Origin: Myxococcota bacterium | Lineage (GTDB): Bacteria; Myxococcota_A; Polyangia; Polyangiales; Houyiibacteriaceae | Assembly (NCBI GenBank): GCA_039814655.1 | Contig: JBCCAW010000001.1 | Span: 1 to 48,714, forward strand | DNA length: 48,714 nt | Direction of reading: 5' to 3' | The notes under the pieces: model-generated | What the model saw: only the letters and a program-made list of their open reading frames with translations | Told to the model about the DNA's origin: nothing | Databases searched by the model: none | Part shown: piece by piece, positions 43,349 to 48,714 of the stretch | Position numbering within the stretch: the stretch's first letter is position 1 | Layout: each line of letters opens with the position of its first letter | Translations under genes and position numbers: made by a program

Positions 43349-44701
43349 TCAGCCGTCCGGCTGAAGCTCGTCGATGGCCAGCGCGTCCAGGTCGTGGAGC
43401 ACCGCGTCGACCTCGTCCCGGCGGAGCCGCGAGGTGTCTTCGTCCTCGTCCGGCGCCAGCACGATCTCCCCGTCGCTCAGGTCGAGGGCGATGGCGTCGT
43501 CGCTCGCGGGCCGAGGCGGGCGGCTCGCGCGCAGCGCTTCGAGCGGTGGCGGCGGCGGAAGCGTGGCGCCGCTCGCGCTCGGAAAGTGCGCCTCGGCCTC
43601 CGGCGCCTCGGCCAGCGTCGGGTCCTCGGCCAGCGTGAGCCCACCGTCTGCCGGCGCAATTGGCGGCGGCGGGGGCTCGAGCGTCGCGATGCGTGCCGCC
43701 GTGGTGGCGGGAGCCGGCGGGAACGACGAAAAGAAGACCGTCTCCGCACGGGCGGCCGGCGCCTCGCTCGGCAGGGGGAGCGCATCCTCCGCGGGGATGG
43801 ACGTGCGGACGAACGCGGCCACGGTCTCCGCTTCGCGCGCCGGGGCCTCTCGGAGCGATCGGAGGCGCGCCAGCACCTCGCTCGCCGACTCCGGGCGCTC
43901 GGCCGGGTCCTTGGCCAGCAGGTCGAAGACCAAGTCCTCGAGGGCCTCGGACACCTCCGCGCGCCGCTCTCGCAGCCGCGGCGGGTCCCGCTCCACCACC
44001 GCGTTGACGAAGGCGACGCCACCGCCCGGGAAGGGCTGCTCGCCGGCCAGAAGCTCGTAGAGCACGACCCCGAGCGCAAAGAGGTCCGCCCGGTGATCGA
44101 GCTCCAGCTTCGCGCTCCGCACGCCCTCCGGCGCGATGTAGCCGAGCGTGCCCCGGAGCCCCTCCACCGTCGACCGCCGCCGGGCCCGGTAGTCGGCGCT
44201 GCCGGCGATCCCGAAGTCGAGGAGCGACACCTGCCCGTCGGAACCCAGCAGCACGTTGTCCGGCGTCACGTCTCCATGCACCACGTGCAGGCAGGCCCCC
44301 GTGGACGAGTCCCGGAGCCGGTGTACATGGGCCAGCAGCTCCGCGATGCCGGCGCCGGCCGCCAGCGTGACGTCCAGCGGCGCCGGTCGGTGGGCCTTCA
44401 GCGCTTCCGCCAGCGTCGGCCCCTGCACCCGCTCCATGACCACGTAGGGCCGGCCGTCTGCGCCCTCGCTGAACTCGTACACGTGGGGAATGCCCGGCCG
44501 CGCGAGCATGGCCAGGAGCGTCGCCTCGTTCTCGAAGTCGGCGCGTGGCCCCTCGAGCTCCGCGAGGTGCGCGTGGAGCCGCTTGACCACCACCTCCCGG
44601 CGAAAGTCCCCGGAGCCCCATTGCCGCGCCAGCCACACGTCGGCCATGCCGCCGGTAGCGAGCTTCCGAACGAGCTCGTAGTGGCCGAGATGCTCTCCCA
44701 C
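43349..44701 (-). CDS. Hanks-type protein kinase with atypical catalytic loop (HGDVTPDN) and P/A-rich acidic tail
   Basis: Starts at GTG 44701. Motifs YELVRKLATGGMADVWLA, VVVKRL, HGDVTPDN, LDFGIA and GTLGYIAPE. Confidence 0.85.
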   Translation of the reverse strand: MGEHLGHYELVRKLATGGMADVWLARQWGSGDFRREVVVKRLHAHLAELEGPRADFENEATLLAMLARPGIPHVYEFSEGADGRPYVVMERVQGPTLAEALKAHRPAPLDVTLAAGAGIAELLAHVHRLRDSSTGACLHVVHGDVTPDNVLLGSDGQVSLLDFGIAGSADYRARRRSTVEGLRGTLGYIAPEGVRSAKLELDHRADLFALGVVLYELLAGEQPFPGGGVAFVNAVVERDPPRLRERRAEVSEALEDLVFDLLAKDPAERPESASEVLARLRSLREAPAREAETVAAFVRTSIPAEDALPLPSEAPAARAETVFFSSFPPAPATTAARIATLEPPPPPIAPADGGLTLAEDPTLAEAPEAEAHFPSASGATLPPPPPLEALRASRPPRPASDDAIALDLSDGEIVLAPDEDEDTSRLRRDEVDAVLHDLDALAIDELQPDG

Positions 44702-44775
44702 GAGCCCCGGACCCTAGCAGCTGGGACCTGCCGTTGCTGCCACGGGAACGTGCCCGGATCGACCTTTTCAGGCCG

Positions 44776-45201
44776 CTACCAGCTCCCGACGCTCGGCATG
44801 GAGGCCCAGGGCTCCGCTTTCGGCAAGGCCGGGCCCCGCTGCAGCAGCTCCACGCTGATCCCGTCCGGGCTCTTCACGAAGGCCATGCGCCCGTCCCGCG
44901 GCGGCCGATGAACGGTCACGCCCGCGGCCTGAAGCTTTGCGCAGAGCCCGTAGATGTCATCCACCGCAAAGGCCAGGTGGCCGAAGTTTCGGCCCCCGTC
45001 GTAGGGCTCTTCCTGGTCCCAATTGTGCGTGAGCTCGATCTGCGCCCGGTCCTCCGGGTCGCCGCTCTCGAGGAACACGAGCGTGAACCGCCCGCCCTCG
45101 TGGTCGCGCCGGCGCACCTCGCGCAGCCCGAGCAGCTCGCAGAAGAAGTGAAGCGCGGCGTCCAGATCCCGCACGCGCACCATGGAGTGGAGGAACTTCA
45201 C
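44776..45201 (-). CDS. gloA: Lactoylglutathione lyase (glyoxalase I, VOC family)
   Basis: Only the last 141 codons of track ORF 44776..47439 look real. VKFLHSMVRVRDLDAALHFF...IELTHNW...FGHLAFAV...PDGISVELL is collinear with E. coli GloA MRLLHTMLRVGDL..., as recalled. The start is GTG 45201 (alternative ATG at 45183). Confidence 0.85.
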   Translation of the reverse strand: MKFLHSMVRVRDLDAALHFFCELLGLREVRRRDHEGGRFTLVFLESGDPEDRAQIELTHNWDQEEPYDGGRNFGHLAFAVDDIYGLCAKLQAAGVTVHRPPRDGRMAFVKSPDGISVELLQRGPALPKAEPWASMPSVGSW

Positions 45202-45345
45202 GGCGGCGAAGGTAGCCCGCCCGCGCCCCGGCGTCCCGCGGGGTCTCGCTCTGGCGCGTGGGCGCGTCGGGTCGCGCTGACCGAGGGCGACAAAGGGGAA
45301 GAAGTTACTTTCCACCCGGTAACTAGGAAACGTAGTCTTCGCGCG

Positions 45346-47586
45346 ATGCGCTGGACGCCTTTGCTCCTTTTGGCTCTCGCCTGCGGCGACGCCGACGCGG
45401 CGCGCCGGCCCCCGGACCCCATCGGTGGCCGGCTTTCCCTCGGGAGTCGCTGCGTGACCCTCGAGGTTGCGGCGCCCGGCGGGGCCCCTCGCTGGCTGGC
45501 CCGCGCCGGTGAGGGCTACGCCTTCGTCACCGATCCCGGCGGCGCCGCGCCCATCCATCTCCGCGCCGCGGACCTCGGCACCTACCTCCTCTACGACGCC
45601 GACGGCGGCTACCTCCTCGGCCGCGAGGATGGAGTGGTGGAGCGCGCCGAGACGCTCCTCTCGGACGTGCTCCTCATCGACGACGACTTCCTCAGCCCGG
45701 CCGAGTGGGACCTCGAGGAGGCCACCGAGGACCCCGGGAGGTTCGTGCTGCGCCACCGCCGCAGCGGCGCCACGCTCGGGACCGCGGGCCTCGAAGGCTC
45801 GGGTCCGCCGAGCACCGTCGGCCTCTTCGCGGCGGAGGGCTGCGCCACCTTCCCGGAGATGAGCCTCGACGCTGAGGTGGACGCGGAAGGCGTGCGCACC
45901 GCGCGCTTCGACGATGGCTCCGTGTACGGGTTCGTGGAGACGCACGCGCACCTGCTCACGAACTTCGCCTTCGGGGGCGGCGGCCTCTTTCATGGCGCGC
46001 CCTTTCATCGCCTCGGCGTCGAGCACGCGCTCCCGGACTGCAGCCTCTACCACGGCGATGAAGGCCGGCAGGACATCCTCGGCTTCACCTTCGATGCGTC
46101 CGGGGCCGACGTGGACGCGACCACGCTCCTCACGAGCCTCGTCGCCGGGAGCCTCCCGGAGCCGGCGCACGCGACGGACGGCTGGCCGACCTTCACGGAC
46201 TGGCCGAACGCCCCCGGCAGCTCGACGCACCAGGCGCAGTACTGGCGATGGCTCGAACGCGCGTACCTCGGCGGGCTTCGTCTCCTCGTGCAGCACGCCA
46301 CCAGCAACCAGGTGCTCTGCGACCTCGTCGTCGGTTCGGGCATTCAGGAGGTGCGCTACGGCTGCGAGGACATGGTGGCCGTCGACCGCATCCTCGAAGA
46401 GACCTACAACCTCGAGCGCTACATCGACGCCCAGTACGGCGGACCCGGCGAGGGTTTCTTCCGCATCGTTCGCACGCCCGACGAAGCGCGCCGCGTCATC
46501 GACGACGGCAAGATGGCCGTGGTGCTCGGCATCGAGGTCTCGAACCTCTTCGAGTGCCGGCTCACGCCGGAGCCGGGCGAGGCCCGCTGCGACGACGCCC
46601 GCATGCGCGCGGAGCTCGACCGCTACCGGGACCTCGGCGTGCGCGCGATCTTTCCCATTCACAAATACGACAACGCCTTCGGCAGCGGCGACGGCGACCG
46701 GGACATCATCGAGATCGGGAACCTCGTGAACTCCGGGCACTTCTCCAACTACGTGGAGACCTGCCCGGACATCGAGATCAACTTCGACCGCGGCGGCCTC
46801 GGCTTCGGCGGGCTGAACATGCCGCGAGACGACTTCCTGGCGGCGGCCCCGAACGACTTCTCGGCCTTCGCCGTAAACCCCGTCGCCGCGCTCACGCCCT
46901 TTCTCAGCGCCGTCACCAGCGGCCCCCTCGAGGGCGACTTCTGTCTGAACGCGGGCATGACCGAGCTCGGGATGAACCTCGTCGAGGCCATGATGGACCG
47001 GGGCATGATCCTCGAGATCGACCACCTCGGCCGCCAATCCTATGCCGAGGTCTTCGCCCGCCTCGAAGAGGTCGGGTACCCGGCCGCGGGCACCCACGGC
47101 ATCAACCAGCGCGGGAGGCTCTACGCCCTCGGCGGCGTCTCGAAGACGGACTTCGCCGACTGCGCGGACCCGGCGTCGCCCGGAGCCATCATCGCGCCCA
47201 TCGTCGCGCGCGCCGCGCAGCGGGAGGCGGCCGGGCAGCTCGGTGCCGAGGGCTTCGGCTTCGACTTCAACGGCTTCTCGAGCTACCGGCCCCCGCGCTT
47301 CGGCCCGGACTCCCGCTGCGGTCCCGGCCAGGCGAACCCCACCAGCTACCCCTTCCGCTCCCACGATGGGCGCGTGACCTTCACCGCGCCCTCCGTCGGA
47401 GAGCGGGCGCTGGACTTCGACACGGAGGGCTTCGTGCACCTCGGGCTGCTCCCGGAGATCATCGACGACGCGCGGCGCGACAGCGCGACGGAAGAGGACT
47501 TCGAGGCGCTCTTCAAGAGCGCCGAGGCCTACCTCCAGATGTGGGAGCGCGCGGAGCGCATCGCCGGCGAGCGGCGCGGCCGCTGA
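45346..47586 (+). CDS. Lipoprotein with M19 dipeptidase-like / amidohydrolase-fold domain
   Basis: Track ORF 44734..47586 trimmed to ATG 45346, giving MRWTPLLLLALACGD (lipobox). VETHAHLL, DLGVRAIFPIHKYDNAFG and GMILEIDHLG resemble the M19 blocks (DGHNDL, GVRY.TLTH..NN, D.SH). The family call is tentative. Confidence 0.8.
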   Translation: MRWTPLLLLALACGDADAARRPPDPIGGRLSLGSRCVTLEVAAPGGAPRWLARAGEGYAFVTDPGGAAPIHLRAADLGTYLLYDADGGYLLGREDGVVERAETLLSDVLLIDDDFLSPAEWDLEEATEDPGRFVLRHRRSGATLGTAGLEGSGPPSTVGLFAAEGCATFPEMSLDAEVDAEGVRTARFDDGSVYGFVETHAHLLTNFAFGGGGLFHGAPFHRLGVEHALPDCSLYHGDEGRQDILGFTFDASGADVDATTLLTSLVAGSLPEPAHATDGWPTFTDWPNAPGSSTHQAQYWRWLERAYLGGLRLLVQHATSNQVLCDLVVGSGIQEVRYGCEDMVAVDRILEETYNLERYIDAQYGGPGEGFFRIVRTPDEARRVIDDGKMAVVLGIEVSNLFECRLTPEPGEARCDDARMRAELDRYRDLGVRAIFPIHKYDNAFGSGDGDRDIIEIGNLVNSGHFSNYVETCPDIEINFDRGGLGFGGLNMPRDDFLAAAPNDFSAFAVNPVAALTPFLSAVTSGPLEGDFCLNAGMTELGMNLVEAMMDRGMILEIDHLGRQSYAEVFARLEEVGYPAAGTHGINQRGRLYALGGVSKTDFADCADPASPGAIIAPIVARAAQREAAGQLGAEGFGFDFNGFSSYRPPRFGPDSRCGPGQANPTSYPFRSHDGRVTFTAPSVGERALDFDTEGFVHLGLLPEIIDDARRDSATEEDFEALFKSAEAYLQMWERAERIAGERRGR

Positions 47587-47661
47587 CGCCTCAGGGGCCG
47601 ATGCGCAGCACGTAGGCTGCCCACGAGTTCTCCCGCCCCGAGGACGTCTCGTGCCTCGCCC

Positions 47662-48714
47662 TCAGGCGGGTCGCTTGGCGCGTTCCGGACGCAGCTGGAG
47701 CTGCCGCCCCTGGGGCACCCACTCGTCACGCTCGATGCGGCCCTTGAAGACCTCCAGCAGGTCATCGACGGCCTGTAGGTCGGCGGTGGTCCACTCGGCC
47801 ACCTGCCAGAAGTAGAAGACCCCGATGCCGTGAAGCATGCGCTCGAGCTTGGGGCCGACCCCCTTGATGACCTTCAGGTCGTCGGGCGGGCCGAAGGCAG
47901 GACGCACGAGCAGGTTGGCCTGCGCACCGGGGCGCCGGACCTCGGCGATGGGGTCCACCGGTGCCGGCTCCGGTGTGCGCTCGAGGGCCTCGCGCAGCGC
48001 CGCGACCTCGGCGCGCAGCGCGTCCAGGCCTTCTGCGTCGGCCCGACCACCGAGCGCGGCCTCGAGGCGTTCGAGCCGCGCTTCCACGGGCGAGAGGTCC
48101 GTTGCCGGAGGCAGCGCCTGCACGGCGTCGAGCACCGGCGAGAGGTCCGTCGCCTGCGGTGCCTCGATGGCCTTCACGGCATCGAGGACCGGGCCGAAGT
48201 CGACGGGCGCCGGAGCCGGGAGCGACTGCACCGCGGCTAGCACCGGAGAGAGGTCCGCCCCCTTCGGCTCGGGGATGCGGATGGCGTTGACGGCGTCGAG
48301 CACGGGCGAGAGGTCGACGGCCGCGGGCTCGGGGATGCGGATGGCGTTGACGGCGTCGAGCACGGGCGAGAGGTCGACGGCCTCGGCTTCGGGGATGCGG
48401 ATGGCGTTGACGGCGTCGAGCACGGGCGAGAGGTCGACGGCCGCCGGCGCCGGGAGCGCCGCGAGGGCTCCGAGCACGGGCTGGAGGTCCGCCTCCTTCG
48501 GCGCCGGAATGCGTTCCACGGCCGCGAGCACCGGGCCCAGGTCCGGGGCCGCGGGTTCGGGGATGCGGATGGCGTGGACGGCGTCGAGCACGGGCGAGAG
48601 GTCGACGGCCGGCGGCGCCTCGATGCTCGCGATGGCGTCGAGCACGGGCTGGAGGTCCGTCTCCTTCGCCACGGGCATCTCGATGCCCCCGATGGCTCCC
48701 AGTACGGGCTGGAG
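47662..48714 (-). CDS. Repeat protein (at least 11 repeats of 16-20 aa, DLxPVLDAV type) with C-terminal helix-hairpin-helix-like domain; 5' end beyond the right edge
   Basis: The frame stays open to the window end (LQPVLGAIGGIEMPVAKETDLQPVLDAI...), so ATG 48678 is internal. The C-terminus DDLKVIKGVGPKLERMLHGIGVFYFWQVAEWTTADLQAVDDLLEVFKGRIERDEWVPQ resembles the C-terminal extension of alpha-proteobacterial NuoE, as recalled. Confidence 0.8.
   Translation of the reverse strand, partial: LQPVLGAIGGIEMPVAKETDLQPVLDAIASIEAPPAVDLSPVLDAVHAIRIPEPAAPDLGPVLAAVERIPAPKEADLQPVLGALAALPAPAAVDLSPVLDAVNAIRIPEAEAVDLSPVLDAVNAIRIPEPAAVDLSPVLDAVNAIRIPEPKGADLSPVLAAVQSLPAPAPVDFGPVLDAVKAIEAPQATDLSPVLDAVQALPPATDLSPVEARLERLEAALGGRADAEGLDALRAEVAALREALERTPEPAPVDPIAEVRRPGAQANLLVRPAFGPPDDLKVIKGVGPKLERMLHGIGVFYFWQVAEWTTADLQAVDDLLEVFKGRIERDEWVPQGRQLQLRPERAKRPA
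48271..48450 (-). repeat. Three head-to-tail 60-bp repeats, identical over their first 52 nt with all differences in the last 8
   Basis: Units 48271-48330, 48331-48390 and 48391-48450 all begin GGGGATGCGGATGGCGTTGACGGCGTCGAGCACGGGCGAGAGGTCGACGGCC. A fourth close copy starts at 48559. Degenerate copies span about 47960-48714. Confidence 0.95.

Noticed and set aside
48271-48450. Regularly spaced 60-bp direct repeats, which raised the question of a CRISPR array.
   Set aside because: The units are contiguous with no unique spacers. They are in frame, and they translate into a coherent 20-aa protein repeat.
1-48714. Search for tRNA, rRNA, IS elements, integrases and phage genes.
   Set aside because: The intergenic regions are short, mostly under 200 bp, and none shows T-arm-like GGTTCGAATCC-type sequences. 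No ORF has transposase or recombinase motifs. Only compositional hints (1-600 and 11757-12300) suggest horizontal acquisition.

Overview
High-GC bacterial chromosomal window. Hand-counted 60-nt lines are mostly 65-83% GC. The gene content points to a Myxococcota (Polyangia/Sandaracinus-like) genome, which is an inference: many Cys-rich lipoproteins with D/M/P-rich tethers, a MopE-like CDGxDDDCDGxIDE motif, Hanks-type Ser/Thr kinases, PSCyt/DUF1501/DUF1588 genes, and RCC1-like and FG-GAP-like propellers. I call 37 protein-coding genes (two cut by the window edges) plus one gene remnant. Most long ORFs in the track are R/P/A-rich shadow frames and were discarded. Many real genes start well inside the listed ORF, often at GTG or TTG. 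Housekeeping anchors are nadA, hemW, pgi, a GH63-like hydrolase, ccmAB, gloA, an HSL-type esterase and an MFS transporter. I saw no rRNA, tRNA, CRISPR array, transposase or integrase. The items most worth a second look are: (1) a compositionally foreign stand-alone H-NOX haem-sensor gene divergently paired with a soluble PAS/HAMP chemoreceptor (11757-13919); (2) an untracked low-GC HEPN-like gene running off the left edge; (3) a translationally coupled four-gene lipoprotein / DUF1588 / DUF1501 / cytochrome-c-like operon (3807-7899); (4) ccmAB without ccmC-H, abutted by the 3' remnant of an alpha-oxoamine synthase gene; (5) a 66-codon zinc-ribbon-like ORF coupled to pgi by an ATGA overlap; (6) a triple spondin_N-like lipoprotein; (7) a repeat protein at the right edge built from near-identical 60-bp units with a helix-hairpin-helix-like C-terminus. 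All family assignments rest on motifs read by eye and need HMM or BLAST confirmation.
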